This document shows, piece after piece, positions 36,503 to 51,500 of a stretch of DNA of 64,000 bases (position 1 is the stretch's first letter; every line of letters begins with the position of its first letter). The stretch covers positions 1 through 64,000 of the forward strand of contig JAUCBJ010009092.1 in NCBI GenBank assembly GCA_032718475.1, given 5' to 3'. The position numbers were made by a program, and so were the translations under genes. Below the pieces are notes generated by a model. The model made no database searches and was not told where the DNA came from. It saw only the letters and a list, made by a program, of their open reading frames with translations. This DNA comes from Nemertoderma westbladi (Eukaryota > Animalia > Xenacoelomorpha).

Positions 36503-39500
36503 TCGTGGGCCTCTCTGTATTGGAATATATTCAGTGGGCCTCTCTGTATTGGAATCTATTCAGTGGGCCTCTCTGTATTTGGAATCTCTTCAGTGGGCCT
36601 CTCTGTATTGGAATCTCTTCAATGGGCCTCTCTGTATTGGAATCTATTCAGTGGGCCTCTCTGTATTGGAATCTCTTCAGTGGACCTATCTGTATTGGAA
36701 TCTCTTCAGTGGGCCTCTCTGTATTGGAATCTCTTCAGTGGGCCTCTCTGTATTGGAATCTCTTCAGTGGGCCTCTCTGTATTGGAATCTATTCAGTGGG
36801 CCTCTCTGTATTGGAATCTATTCAGTGGGCCTCTCTGTATTGGAATCTATTCAGAGGGCCTCTCTGTATTGGAATCTCTTCAGAGGGCCTCTCTGTATTG
36901 GAATCTCTTCAGTGGGCCTCTCTGTATTGGAATCTATTCAGAGGGCCTCTCTGTATTGGAATCTCTTCAGAGGGCCTCTCTGTATTGGAATCTCTTCAGT
37001 GGGCCTCTCTGTATTGGAATCTATTCAGAGGGCCTCTCTGTATTGGAATCTCTTCAGAGGGCCTCTCTGTATTGGAATCTCTTCAGTGGGCCTCTCTGTA
37101 TTGCAATCTCTTCAGTGGGCCTCTCTGTATTGGAATCTCTTCAGTGGGCCTCTCTGTATTGGAATCTCTTCAGTGGGCCTCTCTGTATTGGAATCTATTC
37201 AGTGGGCCTCTCTGTATTGGAATCTATTCAGAGGGCCTCTCTGTATTGGAATCTCTTCAGTGGGCCTCTCTGTATTGGAATCTATTCAGTGGGCCTCTCT
37301 GTATTGGAATCTCTTCAGTGGGCCTCTCTGTATTGGAATCTCTTCAGTGGGCCTCTCTGTATTGGAATCTCTTCAGTGGGCCCCTCTGTATTGGAATCTC
37401 TTCAGTGGGCCTCTCTGTATTGGAATCTATTCAGTGGGCCTCTCTGTATTGGAATCTATTCAGAGGGCCTCTCTGTATTGGAATCTCTTCAGTGGGCCTC
37501 TCTGTATTGGAATCTATTCAGTGGGCCTCTCTGTATTTGGAATCTCTTCAGTGGGCCTCTCTGTATTGGAATCTCTTCAGTGGGCCTCTCTGTATTGGAA
37601 TCTCTTCAGTGGGCCTCTCTGTATTGGAATCTCTTCAGTGGGCCTCTCTGTATTGGAATCTCTTCAGTGGGCCTCTCTGTATTGGAATCTCTTCAGTGGG
37701 CCTCTCTGTATTGGAATCTATTCAGTGGGCCTCTCTGTATTGGAATCTATTCAGTGGGCCTCTCTGTATTGGAATCTCTTCAGTGGGCCTCTCTGTATTG
37801 GAATCTCTTCAGTGGGCCTCTCTGTATTGGAATCTCTTCAGTGGGCCTCTCTGTATTGGAATCTATTCAGAGGGCCTCTCTGTATTGGAATCTCTTCAGT
37901 GGGCCTCTCTGTATTGGAATCTCTTCAGTGGGCCTCTCTGTATTGGAATCTCTTCAGTGGGCCTCTCTGTATTGGAATCTCTTCAGTGGGCCTCTCTGTA
38001 TTGGAATCTCTTCAGTGGGCCTCTCTGTATTGGAATCTATTCAGTGGGCCTCTCTGTATTGGAATCTATTTAGTGGGCCTCTCTGTATTGGAATCTATTC
38101 AGTGGGCCTCTCTGTATTGGAATCTATTTAGTGGGCCTCTCTGTATTGGAATCTCTTCAGTGGGCCTCTCTGTATTGGAATCTATTCAGTGGGCCTCTCT
38201 GTATTGGAATCTATTTAGTGGGCCTCTCTGTATTGGAATCTCTTCAGTGGGCCTCTCTGTATTGGAATCTCTTCAGTGGGCCTCTCTGTATTGGAATCTC
38301 TTCAGTGGGCCTCTCTGTATTGGAATCTCTTCAGTGGGCCTCTCTGTATTGGAATCTCTTCAGTGGGCCTCTCTGTATTGGAATCTCTTCAGTGGGCCTC
38401 TCTGTATTGGAATCTATTCAGTGGGCCTCTCTGTATTGGAATCTATTCAGTGGGCCTCTCTGTATTGGAATCTATTCAGAGGGCCTCTCTGTATTGGAAT
38501 CTCTTCAGTGGGCCTCTCTGTATTGGAATCTATTCAGTGGGCCTCTCTGTATTGGAATCTCTTCAGTGGGCCTCTCTGTATTGGAATCTCTTCAGTGGGC
38601 CTCTCTGTATTGGAATCTCTTCAGTGGGCCTCTCTGTATTTGGAATCTCTTCAGTGGGCCTCTCTGTATTGGAATCTCTTCAGTGGGCCTCTCTGTATTG
38701 GAATCTATTCAGTGGGCCTCTCTGTATTGGAATCTCTTCAGTGGGCCTCTCTGTATTGGAATCTATTCAGTGGGCCTCTCTGTATTGGAATCTCTTCAGT
38801 GGGCCTCTCTGTATTGGAATCTATTCAGTGGGCCTCTCTGTATTGGAATCTATTCAGTGGGCCTCTCTGTATTTGGAATCTCTTCAGTGGGCCTCTCTGT
38901 ATTGGAATCTCTTCAGTGGGCCTCTCTGTATTGGAATCTCTTCAGTGGGCCTCTCTGTATTGGAATCTCTTCAGTGGGCCTCTCTGTATTGGAATCTATT
39001 CAGTGGGCCTCTCTGTATTGGAATCTCTTCAGTGGGCCTCTCTGTATTGGAATCTCTTCAGTGGGCCTCTCTGTATTGGAATCTATTCAGTGGGCCTCTC
39101 TGTATTTGGAATCTCTTCAGTGGGCCTCTCTGTATTTGGAATCTCTTCAGTGGGCCTCTCTGTATTGGAATCTCTTCAGTGGGCCTCTCTGTATTGGAAT
39201 CTATTCAGTGGGCCTCTCTGTATTGGAATCTCTTCAGTGGGCCTCTCTGTATTAGAATCTCTTCAGTGGGCCTCTCTGTATTGGAATCTCTTCAGTGGGC
39301 CTCTCTGTATTGGAATCTATTCAGTGGGCCTCTCTGTATTGGAATCTCTTCAGTGGGCCTCTCTGTATTGGAATCTATTCAGTGGGCCTCTCTGTATTGG
39401 AATCTCTTCAGTGGGCCTCTCTGTATTGCAATCTCTTCAGTGGGCCTCTCTGTATTGGAATCTCTTCAGTGGTCCTCTCTGTATTGGAATCTCTTCAGTG

Positions 39501-42500
39501 GGCCTCTCTGTATTGGAATCTCTTCAGTGGGCCTCTCTGTATTGGAATCTCTTCAGTGGGCCTCTCTGTATAGGAATCTCTTCAGTGGGCCTCTCTGTAT
39601 TTGGAATCTCTTCAGTGGGCCTCTCTGTATTGGAATCTCTTCAGTGGGCCTCTCTGTATTGGAATCTCTTCAGTGGGCCTCTCTGTATTGGAATCTATTC
39701 AGTGGGCCTCTCTGTACTGGAATCTATTCAGTGGGCCTCTCTGTATTGGAATCTCTTCAGTGGGCCTCTCTGTACTGGAATCTATTCAGTGGGCCTCTCT
39801 GTATTGGAATCTCTTCAGTGGGCCTCTCTGTATTGGAATCTATTCAGTGGGCCTCTCTGTATTGGAATCTCTTCAGTGGGCCTCTCTGTATTGGAATCTC
39901 TTCAGTGGGCCTCTCTGTTTTAGAATCTATTCAGTGGGCCTCTCTGTATTGGAATCTCTTCAGTGGGCCTCTCTGTATTGGAATCTCTTCAGTGGGCCTC
40001 TCTGTATTGGAATCTCTTCAGTGGGCCTCTCTGTATTGGAATCTCTTCAGTGGGCCTCTCTGTATTGGAATCTCTTCAGTGGGCCTCTCTGTATTGGAAT
40101 CTCTTCAGTGGGCCTCTCTGTATTGGAATCTCTTCAGTGGGCCTCTCTGTATTGGAATCTATTCAGTGGGCCTCTCTCTTTTGGAATATCTTCAATGGGC
40201 CTCTCTGTATTGGAATCTCTTCAGGGGGCCTCTCTGTATTGGAATCTCTTCAGTGGGCCTCTCTGTATTGGAATCTCTTCAGTGGGCCTCTCTGTATTGG
40301 AATCTCTTCAGTGGGCCTCTCTGTATTGGAATCTCTTCAGTGGGCCTCTCTGTATTGGAATCTCTTCAGTGGGCCTCTCTGTATTGGAATCTCTTCAGTG
40401 GGCCTCTCTGTATTGGAATCTATTCAGTGGGCCTCTCTCTTTTGGAATATCTTCAATGGGCCTCTCTGTATTGGAATCTCTTCAGGGGGCCTCTCTGTAT
40501 TGGAATCTCTTCAGTGGGCCTCTCTGTATTGGAATCTCTTCAGTGGGCCTCTCTGTATTGGAATCTCTTCAGTGGGCCTCTCTGTATTGGAATCTCTTCA
40601 GTGGGCCTCTCTGTATTGGAATCTCTTCAGTGGGCCTCTCTGTATTGGAATCTCTTCAGTGGGCCTCTCTGTATTGGAATCTCTTCAGTGGGCCTCTCTG
40701 TATTGGAATCTATTCAGTGGGCCTCTCTGTATTGGAATCTCTTCAGTGGGCCTCTCTGTATTGGAATCTCTTCAGTGGGCCTCTCTGTATTTGGAATCTC
40801 TTCAGTGGGCCTCTCTGTATTGGAATCTCTTCAGTGGGCCTCTCTGTATTGGAATCTCTTCAGTGGGCCTCTCTGTATTGGAATCTCTTCAGTGGGCCTC
40901 TCTGTATTGGAATCTATTCAGTGGGCCTCTCTGTATTGGAATCTCTTCAGTGGGCCTCTCTGTATTGGAATCTATTCAGTGGGCCTCTCTGTATTGGAAT
41001 CTATTCAGTGGGCCTCTCTGTATTGGAATCTATTCAGTGGGCCTCTCTGTATTGGAATCTCTTCAGTGGGCCTCTCTGTATTGGAATCTCTTCAGTGGGC
41101 CTCTCTGTATTGGAATCTCTTCAGTGGGCCTCTCTGTATTGGAATCTCTTCAGTGGGCCTCTCTGTATTGGAATCTCTTCAGTGGGCCTCTCTGTATTGG
41201 AATCTCTTCAGTGGGCCTCTCTGTATTGGAATCTCTTCAGTGGGCCTCTCTGTATTGGAATCTCTTCAGTGGGCCTCTCTGTATTGGAATCTATTCAGTG
41301 GGCCTCTCTGTATTGGAATCTATTCAGTGGGCCTCTGTATTAGAATCTCTTCAGTGGGCCTCTCTGTATTGGAATCTCTTCAGTGGGCCTCTCTGTATTG
41401 GAATCTCTTCAGTGGGCCTCTCTGTATTGGAATCTATTCAGTGGGCCTCTCTGTATTGGAATCTCTTCAGTGGGCCTCTCTGTATTGGAATCTCTTCAGT
41501 GGGCCTCTCTGTATTGGAATCTCTTCAGTGGGCCTCTCTGTATTGGAATCTCTTCAGTGGGCCTCTCTGTATTGGAATCTCTTCAGTGGGCCTCTCTGTA
41601 TTGGAATCTATTCAGTGGGCCTCTCTGTATTGGAATCTCTTCAGTGGGCCTTTCTGTATTGGAATCTCTTCAGTGGGCCTCTCTGTACTGAAATCTATTC
41701 AGTGGGCCTCTCTGTATTGGAATCTATTCAGTGGGTCTCTCTGTATTGGAATCTCTTCAGTGGGCCTCTCTGTATTGGAATCTATTCAGTGGGCCTCTCT
41801 GTATTGGAATCTCTTCAGTGGGCCTCTCTGTATTGGAATCTCTTCAGTGGGCCTCTCTGTACTGAAATCTATTCAGTGGGCCTCTCTGTATTGGAATCTC
41901 TTCAGTGGGCCTCTCTGTATTGGAATCTCTTCAGTGGGCCTCTCTGTATTGGAATCTATTCAGTGGGCCTCTCTGTATTGGAATCTCTTCAGTGGGCCTC
42001 TCTGTATTGGAATCTATTCAGTGGGCCTCTCTGTATTGGAATCTCTTCAGTGGGCCTCTCTGTATTGGAATCTCTTCAGTGGGCCTCTCTGTACTGGAAT
42101 CTATTCAGTGGGCCTCTCTGTATTGGAATCTATTCAGTGGGCCTCTCTGTATTGGAATCTCTTCAGTGGGCCTCTCTGTATTGGAATCTCTTCAGTGGGC
42201 CTCTCTGTATTGGAATCTATTCAGTGGGCCTCTCTGTATTGGAATCTATTCAGTGGGCCTCTCTGTATTGGAATCTATTCAGTGGGCCTCTCTGTATTGG
42301 AATCTCTTCAGTGGGCCTCTCTGTATTGGAATCTCTTCAGTGGGCCTCTCTGTATTGGAATCTCTTCAGTGGGCCTCTCTGTATTGGAATCTCTTCAGTG
42401 GGCCTCTCTGTATTGGAATCTCTTCAGTGGGCCTCTCTGTATTGGAATCTATTCAGTGGGCCTCTCTGTATTAGAATCTCTTCAGTGGGCCTCTCTGTAT

Positions 42501-45500
42501 TGGAATATATTCAGTGGGCCTCTCTGTATTGGAATCTATTCAGTGGGCCTCTCTGTATTGGAATCTCTTCAGTGGGCCTCTCTGTATTGGAATCTCTTCA
42601 GTGGGCCTCTCTGTATTGGAATCTCTTCAGTGGGCCTCTCTGTATTGGAATCTCTTCAGTGGGCCTCTCTGTATTGGAATCTATTCAGTGGGCCTCTCTG
42701 TATTGGAATCTCTTCAGTGGGCCTCTCTGTATTGGAATCTATTCAGGGGGCCTCTCTGTATTGGAATATATTCAGTGGGCCTCTCTGTATTGGAATCTAT
42801 TCAGTGGGCCTCTCTGTATTGGAATCTATTCAGTGGGCCTCTCTGTATTGGAATCTCTTCAGTGGGCCTCTCTGTATTGGAATCTATTCAGTGGGCCTCT
42901 CTGTATTGGAATCTCTTCAGTGGGCCTCTCTGTATTGGAATCTATTCAGTGGGCCTCTCTGTATTGGAATCTCTTCAGTGGGCCTCTCTGTATTGGAATC
43001 TCTTCAGTGGGCCTCTCTGTATTGGAATCTCTTCAGTGGGCCTCTCTGTATTGGAATCTATTCAGTGGGCCTCTCTGTATTGGAATCTCTTCAGTGGGCC
43101 TCTCTGTATTGGAATCTCTTCAGTGGGCCTCTCTGTATTGGAATCTCTTCAGTGGGCCTCTCTGTATTGGAATCTATTCAGTGGGCCTCTCTGTATTGGA
43201 ATCTCTTCAGTGGGCCTCTCTGTATTGGAATCTCTTCAGTGGGCCTCTCTGTATTGGAATCTCTTCAGTGGGCCTCTCTGTATTGGAATCTATTCAGTGG
43301 GCCTCTCTGTATTGGAATCTCTTCAGTGGGCCTCTCTGTATTGGAATCTATTCAGTGGGCCTCTCTGTATTGGAATCTCTTCAGTGGGCCTCTCTGTATT
43401 GGAATCTCTTCAGTGGGCCTCTCTGTATTGGAATCTCTTCAGTGGGCCTCTCTGTATTGGAATCTCTTCAGTGGGCCTCTCTGTATTGGAATCTCTTCAG
43501 TGGGCCTCTCTGTATTGGAATCTCTTCAGTGGGCCTCTCTGTATTGGAATCTCTTCAGTGGGCCTCTCTGTATTGGAATCTCTTCAGTGGGCCTCTCTGT
43601 ATTGGAATCTCTTCAGTGGGCCTCTCTGTATTGGAATCTATTCAGTGGGCCTCTCTGTATTGGAATCTCTTCAGTGGGCCTCTCTGTATTGGAATCTCTT
43701 CAGTGGGCCTCTCTGTATTGGAATCTCTTCAGTGGGCCTCTCTGTATTGGAATCTCTTCAGTGGGCCTCTCTGTATTGGAATCTCTTCAGTGGGCCTCTC
43801 TGTATTTGGAATCTCTTCAGTGGGCCTCTCTGTATTGGAATCTCTTCAGTGGGCCTCTCTGTATTGGAATCTATTCAGTGGGCCTCTCTGTATTGGAATC
43901 TCTTCAGTGGGCCTCTCTGTATTGGAATCTCTTCAGTGGGCCTCTCTGTATTGGAATCTCTTCAGTGGGCCTCTCTGTATTGGAATCTCTTCAGTGGGCC
44001 TCTCTGTATTGGAATCTCTTCAGTGGGCCTCTCTGTATTGGAATCTATTCAGTGGGCCTCTCTGTATTGGAATCTCTTCAGTGGGCCTCTCTGTATTGGA
44101 ATCTATTCAGTGGGCCTCTCTGTATTGGAATCTATTCAGTGGGCCTCTCTGTATTGGAATCTCTTCAGTGGGCCTCTCTGTATTGGAATCTCTTCAGTGG
44201 GCCTCTCTGTATTGGAATCTCTTCAGTGGGCCTCTCTGTATTGGAATCTCTTCAGTGGGCCTCTCTGTATTGGAATCTATTCAGTGGGCCTCTCTGTATT
44301 GGAATCTCTTCAGTGGGCCTCTCTGTATTGGAATCTATTCAGTGGGCCTCTCTGTATTGGAATCTCTTCAGTGGGCCTCTCTGTATTGGAATCTCTTCAG
44401 TGGGCCTCTCTGTATTGGAATCTCTTCAGTGGGCCTCTCTGTATTGGAATCTATTCAGTGGGCCTCTCTGTATTGGAATCTATTCAGTGGGCCTCTCTGT
44501 ATTGGAATCTCTTCAGTGGGCCTCTCTGTATTGGAATCTCTTCAGTGGGCCTCTCTGTATTGGAATCTCTTCAGTGGGCCTCTCTGTATTGGAATCTCTT
44601 CAGTGGGCCTCTCTGTATTGGAATCTCTTCAGTGGGCCTCTCTGTATTGGAATCTATTCAGTGGGCCTCTCTGTATTGGAATCTCTTCAGTGGGCCTCTC
44701 TGTATTGGAATCTCTTCAGTGGGCCTCTCTGTATTGGAATCTCTTCAGTGGGCCTCTCTGTATTGGAATCTCTTCAGTGGGCCTCTCTGTATTGGAATCT
44801 CTTCAGTGGGCCTCTCTGTATTGGAATCTCTTCAGTGGGCCTCTCTGTATTGGAATCTATTCAGTGGGCCTCTCTGTATTGGAATCTATTCAGTGGGCCT
44901 CTCTGTATTGGAATCTCTTCAGTGGGCCTCTCTGTATTGGAATCTCTTCAGTGGGCCTCTCTGTATTGGAATCTATTCAGTGGGCCTCTCTGTATTGGAA
45001 TCTCTTCAGTGGGCCTCTCTGTATTGGAATCTATTCAGTGGGCCTCTCTGTATTGGAATCTATTCAGTGGGCCTCTCTGTATTAGAATCTCTTCAGTGGG
45101 CCTCTCTGTATTGGAATCTATTCAGTGGGCCTCTCTGTATTGGAATCTCTTCAGTGGGCCTCTCTGTATTGGAATCTCTTCAGTGGGCCTCTCTGTATTG
45201 GAATCTCTTCAGTGGGCCTCTCTGTATTGGAATCTCTTCAGTGGGCCTCTCTGTATTGGAATCTCTTCAGTGGGCCTCTCTGTATTGGAATCTCTTCAGT
45301 GGGCCTCTCTGTATTGGAATCTCTTCAGTGGGCCTCTCTGTATTGGAATCTCTTCAGTGGGCCTCTCTGTATTAGAATCTATTCAGTGGGCCTCTCTGTA
45401 TTGGAATCTATTCAGTGGGCCTCTCTGTATTGGAATCTCTTCAGTGGGCCTCTCTGTATTTGGAATCTATTCAGTGGGCCTCTCTGTATTGGAATCTCTT

Positions 45501-48500
45501 CAGTGGGCCTCTCTGTATTGGAATCTCTTCAGTGGGCCTCTCTGTATTGGAATCTCTTCAGTGGGCCTCTCTGTATTGGAATCTATTCAGTGGGCCTCTC
45601 TGTATTGGAATCTCTTCAGTGGGCCTCTCTGTATTGGAATCTCTTCAGTGGGCCTCTCTGTATTGGAATCTCTTCAGTGGGCCTCTCTGTATTGGAATCT
45701 CTTCAGTGGGCCTCTCTGTATTGGAATCTATTCAGTGGGCCTCTCTGTATTGGAATCTATTCAGTGGGCCTCTCTGTATTGGAATCTATTCAGTGGGCCT
45801 CTCTGTATTGGAATCTCTTCAGTGGGCCTCTCTGTATTGGAATCTATTCAGTGGGCCTCTCTGTATTGGAATCTATTCAGTGGGCCTCTCTGTATTGGAA
45901 TCTATTCAGTGGGCCTCTCTGTATTGGAATCTATTCAGTGGGCCTCTCTGTATTGGAATCTATTCAGTGGGCCTCTCTGTATTGGAATCTATTCAGTGGG
46001 CCTCTCTGTATTGGAATCTATTCAGTGGGCCTCTCTGTATTGGAATCTATTCAGTGGGCCTCTCTGTATTGGAATCTCTTCAGTGGGCCTCTCTGTATTG
46101 GAATCTCTTCAGTGGGCCTCTCTGTATTGGAATCTCTTCAGTGGGCCTCTCTGTATTGGAATCTATTCAGTGGGCCTCTCTGTATTGGAATCTATTCAGT
46201 GGGCCTCTCTGTATTGGAATCTATTCAGTGGGCCTCTCTGTATTGGAATCTCTTCAGTGGGCCTCTCTGTATTGGAATCTCTTCAGTGGGCCTCTCTGTA
46301 TTGGAATCTCTTCAGTGGGCCTCTCTGTATTGGAATCTATTCAGTGGGCCTCTCTGTATTGGAATCTATTCAGTGGGCCTCTCTGTATTGGAATCTATTC
46401 AGTGGGCCTCTCTGTATTGGAATCTCTTCAGTGGGCCTCTCTGTATTGGAATCTATTCAGTGGGCCTCTCTGTATTGGAATCTCTTCAGTGGGCCTCTCT
46501 GTATTGGAATCTCTTCAGTGGGCCTCTCTGTATTGGAATCTCTTCAGTGGGCCTCTCTGTATTGGAATCTCTTCAGTGGGCCTCTCTGTATTTGGAATCT
46601 CTTCAGTGGGCCTCTCTGTATTGGAATCTCTTCAGTGGGCCTCTCTGTATTGGAATCTATTCAGTGGGCCTCTCTGTATTGGAATCTATTCAGTGGGCCT
46701 CTCTGTATTGGAATCTATTCAGTGGGCCTCTCTGTATTGGAATCTCTTCAGTGGGCCTCTCTGTATTGGAATCTCTTCAGTGGGCCTCTCTGTATTGGAA
46801 TCTATTCAGTGGGCCTCTCTGTATTGGAATCTATTCAGTGGGCCTCTCTGTATTGGAATCTATTCAGTGGGCCTCTCTGTATTGGAATCTATTCAGTGGG
46901 CCTCTCTGTATTGGAATCTATTCAGTGGGCCTCTCTGTATTGGAATCTATTCAGTGGGCCTCTCTGTATTGGAATCTCTTCAGTGGGCCTCTCTGTATTG
47001 GAATCTATTCAGTGGGCCTCTCTGTATTGGAATCTATTCAGTGGGCCTCTCTGTATTGGAATCTATTCAGTGGGCCTCTCTGTATTGGAATCTATTCAGT
47101 GGGCCTCTCTGTATTGGAATCTATTCAGTGGGCCTCTCTGTATTGGAATCTATTCAGTGGGCCTCTCTGTATTGGAATCTCTTCAGTGGGCCTCTCTGTA
47201 TTGGAATCTCTTCAGTGGGCCTCTCTGTATTGGAATCTCTTCAGCGGGCCTCTCTGTATTGGAATCTCTTCAGTGGGCCTCTCTGTATTGGAATCTATTC
47301 AGTGGGCCTCTCTGTATTGGAATCTATTCAGTGGGCCTCTCTGTATTGGAATCTCTTCAGTGGGCCTCTCTGTATTGGAATCTCTTCAGTGGGCCTCTCT
47401 GTATTGGAATCTCTTCAGTGGGCCTCTCTGTATTGGAATCTCTTCAGTGGGCCTCTCTGTATTGGAATCTATTCTGTGGGCCTCTCTGTATTGGAATCTC
47501 TTCAGTGGGCCTCTCTGTATTGGAATCTATTCAGTGGGCCTCTCTGTATTGGAATCTCTTCAGTGGGCCTCTCTGTATTGGAATCTCTTCAGTGGGCCTC
47601 TCTGTATTGGAATCTCTTCAGTGGGCCTCTCTGTATTGGAATCTCTTCAGTGGGCCTCTCTGTATTGGAATCTCTTCAGTGGGCCTCTCTGTATTAGAAT
47701 CTCTTCAGTGGGCCTCTCTGTATTGGAATCTCTTCAGTGGGCCTCTCTGTATTGGAATCTATTCAGTGGGCCTCTCTGTATTGGAATCTCTTCAGTGGGC
47801 CTCTCTGTATTGGAATCTATTCAGTGGGCCTCTCTGTATTGGAATCTCTTCAGTGGGCCTCTCTGTATTGGAATCTCTTCAGTGGGCCTCTCTGTATTGG
47901 AATCTCTTCAGTGGGCCTCTCTGTATTGGAATCTATTCAGTGGGCCTCTCTGTATTGGAATCTATTCAGTGGGCCTCTCTGTATTGGAATCTCTTCAGTG
48001 GGCCTCTCTGTATTGGAATCTATTCAGTGGGCCTCTCTGTATTGGAATCTCTTCAGTGGGCCTCTCTGTATTTGGAATCTCTTCAGTGGGCCTCTCTGTA
48101 TTGGAATCTCTTCAGTGGGCCTCTCTGTATTGGAATCTATTCAGTGGGCCTCTCTGTATTTGGAATCTCTTCAGTGGGCCTCTCTGTATTGGAATCTCTT
48201 CAGTGGGCCTCTCTGTATTGGAATCTATTCAGTGGGCCTCTCTGTATTGAAATCTCTTCAGTGGGCCTCTCTGTATTGGAATCTCTTCAGTGGGCCTCTC
48301 TGTATTGGAATCTCTTCAGTGGGCCTCTCTGTATTGGAATCTCTTCAGTGGGCCTCTCTGTATTGGAATCTCTTCAGTGGGCCTCTCTGTATTTGGAATC
48401 TCTTCAGTGGGCCTCTCTGTATTGGAATCTATTCAGTGGGCCTCTCTGTATTGGAATCTCTTCAGTGGGCCTCTCTGTATTGGAATCTCTTCAGTGGGCC

Positions 48501-51500
48501 TCTCTGTATTTGGAATCTCTTCAGTGGGCCTCTCTGTATTGGAATCTCTTCAGTGGGCCTCTCTGTATTAGAATCTCTTCAGTGGGCCTCTCTGTATTAG
48601 AATCTCTTCAGTGGTCCTCTCTGTATTGGAATCTCTTCAGTGGGCCTCTCTGTATTAGAATCTCTTCAGTGGGCCTCTCTGTATTTGGAATCTCTTCAGT
48701 GGGCCTCTCTGTATTGGAATCTCTTCAGTGGGCCTCTCTGTATTGGAATCTCTTCAGTGGGCCTCTCTGTATTGGAATCTCTTCAGTGGGCCTCTCTGTA
48801 TTAGAATCTCTTCAGTGGGCCTCTCTGTATTGGAATATATTCAGTGGGCCTCTCTGTATTGGAATCTCTTCAGTGGGCCTCTCTGTATTGGAATCTATTC
48901 AGTGGTCCTCTCTGTATTGGAATCTCTTCAGTGGGCCTCTCTGTATTAGAATCTCTTCAGTGGGCCTCTCTGTATTGGAATATATTCAGTGGGCCTCTCT
49001 GTATTGGAATCTCTTCAGTGGGCCTCTCTGTATTAGAATCTCTTCAGTGGTCCTCTCTGTATTGGAATCTCTTCAGTGGGCCTCTCTGTATTAGAATCTC
49101 TTCAGTGGGCCTCTCTGTATTGGAATATATTCAGTGGGCCTCTCTGTATTGGAATCTATTCAGTGGGCCTCTCTGTATTGGAATCTCTTCAGTGGGCCTC
49201 TCTGTATTGGAATCTCTTCAGTGGGCCTCTCTGTATTAGAATCTCTTCAGTGGGCCTCTCTGTATTGGAATATATTCAGTGGGCCTCTCTGTATTGGAAT
49301 CTCTTCAGTGGGCCTCTCTGTATTGGAATCTATTCAGTGGGCCTCTCTGTATTGGAATCTATTCAGTGGGCCTCTCTGTATTTGGAATCTCTTCAGTGGG
49401 CCTCTCTGTATTGGAATCTCTTCAGTGGGCCTCTCTGTATTGGAATCTCTTCAGTGGGCCTCTCTGTATTAGAATCTCTTCAGTGGGCCTCTCTGTATTG
49501 GAATCTATTCAGTGGGCCTCTCTGTATTGGAATCTCTTCAGTGGGCCTCTCTGTATTAGAATCTCTTCAGTGGGCCTCTCTGTATTGGAATCTATTCAGT
49601 GGGCCTCTCTGTATTTGGAATCTCTTCAGTGGGCCTCTCTGTATTGGAATCTCTTCAGTGGGCCTCTCTGTATTAGAATCTCTTCAGTGGGCCTCTCTGT
49701 ATTGGAATATATTCAGTGGGCCTCTCTGTATTGGAATCTCTTCAGTGGGCCTCTCTGTATTGCAATCTCTTCAGTGGGCCTCTCTGTATTAGAATCTCTT
49801 CAGTGGGCCTCTCTGTATTGGAATCTATTCAGTGGGCCTCTCTGTATTGGAATCTATTCAGTGGTCCTCTCTGTATTGGAATCTCTTCAGTGGGCCTCTC
49901 TGTATTAGAATCTCTTCAGTGGGCCTCTCTGTATTGGAATATATTCAGTGGGCCTCTCTGTATTGGAATCTATTCAGTGGTCCTCTCTGTATTGGAATCT
50001 CTTCAGTGGGCCTCTCTGTATTAGAATCTCTTAAGTGGGCCTCTCTGTATTGGAATATATTCAGTGGGCCTCTCTGTATTGGAATCTCTTCAGTGGGCCT
50101 CTCTGTATTGGAATCTCTTCAGTGGGCCTCTCTGTATTGGAATCTCTTCAGTGGGCCTCTCTGTATTGGAATCTCTTCAGTGGGCCTCTCTGTATTAGAA
50201 TCTCTTCAGTGGGCCTCTCTGTATTGGAATATATTCAGTGGGCCTCTCTGTATTGGAATCTCTTCAGTGGGCCTCTCTGTATTGGAATCTCTTCAGTGGG
50301 CCTCTCTGTATTGGAATATATTCAGTGGGCCTCTCTGTATTGGAATCTCTTCAGTGGGCCTCTCTGTATTGGAATCTCTTCAGTGGGCCTCTCTGTATTG
50401 GAATCTATTCAGTGGGCCTCTCTGTATTGGAATCTCTTCAGTGGGCCTCTCTGTATTGGAATCTCTTCAGTGGGCCTCTCTGTATTGGAATCTCTTCAGT
50501 GGGCCTCTCTGTATTGGAATCTCTTCAGTGGGCCTCTCTGTATTGGAATCTATTCAGTGGGCCTCTCTGTATTGGAATCTCTTCAGTGGGCCTCTCTGTA
50601 TTGGAATCTCTTCAGTGGGCCTCTCTGTATTGGAATCTCTTCAGTGGGCCTCTCTGTATTAGAATCTCTTCAGTGGGCCTCTCTGTATTAGAATCTCTTC
50701 AGTGGGCCTTTCTGTATTTGAATCTATTCAGTGGGCCTCTCTGTATTTGGAATCTCTTCAGCGGGCCTCTCTGTATTGGAATCTCTTCAGCGGGCCTCTC
50801 TGTATTGGAATCTCTTCAGCGGGCCTCTCTGTATTGGAATCTATTCAGTGGGCCTCTCTGTATTTGGAATCTCTTCAGTGGGCCTCTCTGTATTGGAATC
50901 TCTTCAGTGGGCCTCTCTGTATTGGAATCTCTTCAGTGGGCCTCTCTGTATTAGAATCTCTTCAGTGGGCCTCTCTGTATTGGAATCTATTCAGTGGGCC
51001 TCTCTGTATTTGGAATCTCTTCAGTGGGCCTCTCTGTATTGGAATCTCTTCAGTGGGCCTCTCTGTATTAGAATCTCTTCAGTGGGCCTCTCTGTATTGG
51101 AATCTATTCAGTGGGCCTCTCTGTATTGGAATCTATTCAGTGGGCCTCTCTGTATTGGAATCTATTCAGTGGGCCTCTCTGTATTGGAATCTCTTCAGTG
51201 GGCCTCTCTGTATTGGAATCTCTTCAGTGGGCCTCTCTGTATTGGAATCTATTCAGTGGGCCTCTCTGTATTAGAATCTCTTCAGTGGGCCTCTCTGTAT
51301 TGGAATCTATTCAGTGGGCCTCTCTGTATTGGAATCTATTCAGTGGGCCTCTCTGTATTGGAATCTATTCAGTGGGCCTCTCTGTATTAGAATCTCTTCA
51401 GTGGGCCTCTCTGTATTGGAATCTATTCAGTGGGCCTCTCTGTATTGGAATCTATTCAGTGGGCCTCTCTGTATTGGAATCTATTCAGTGGGCCTCTCTG

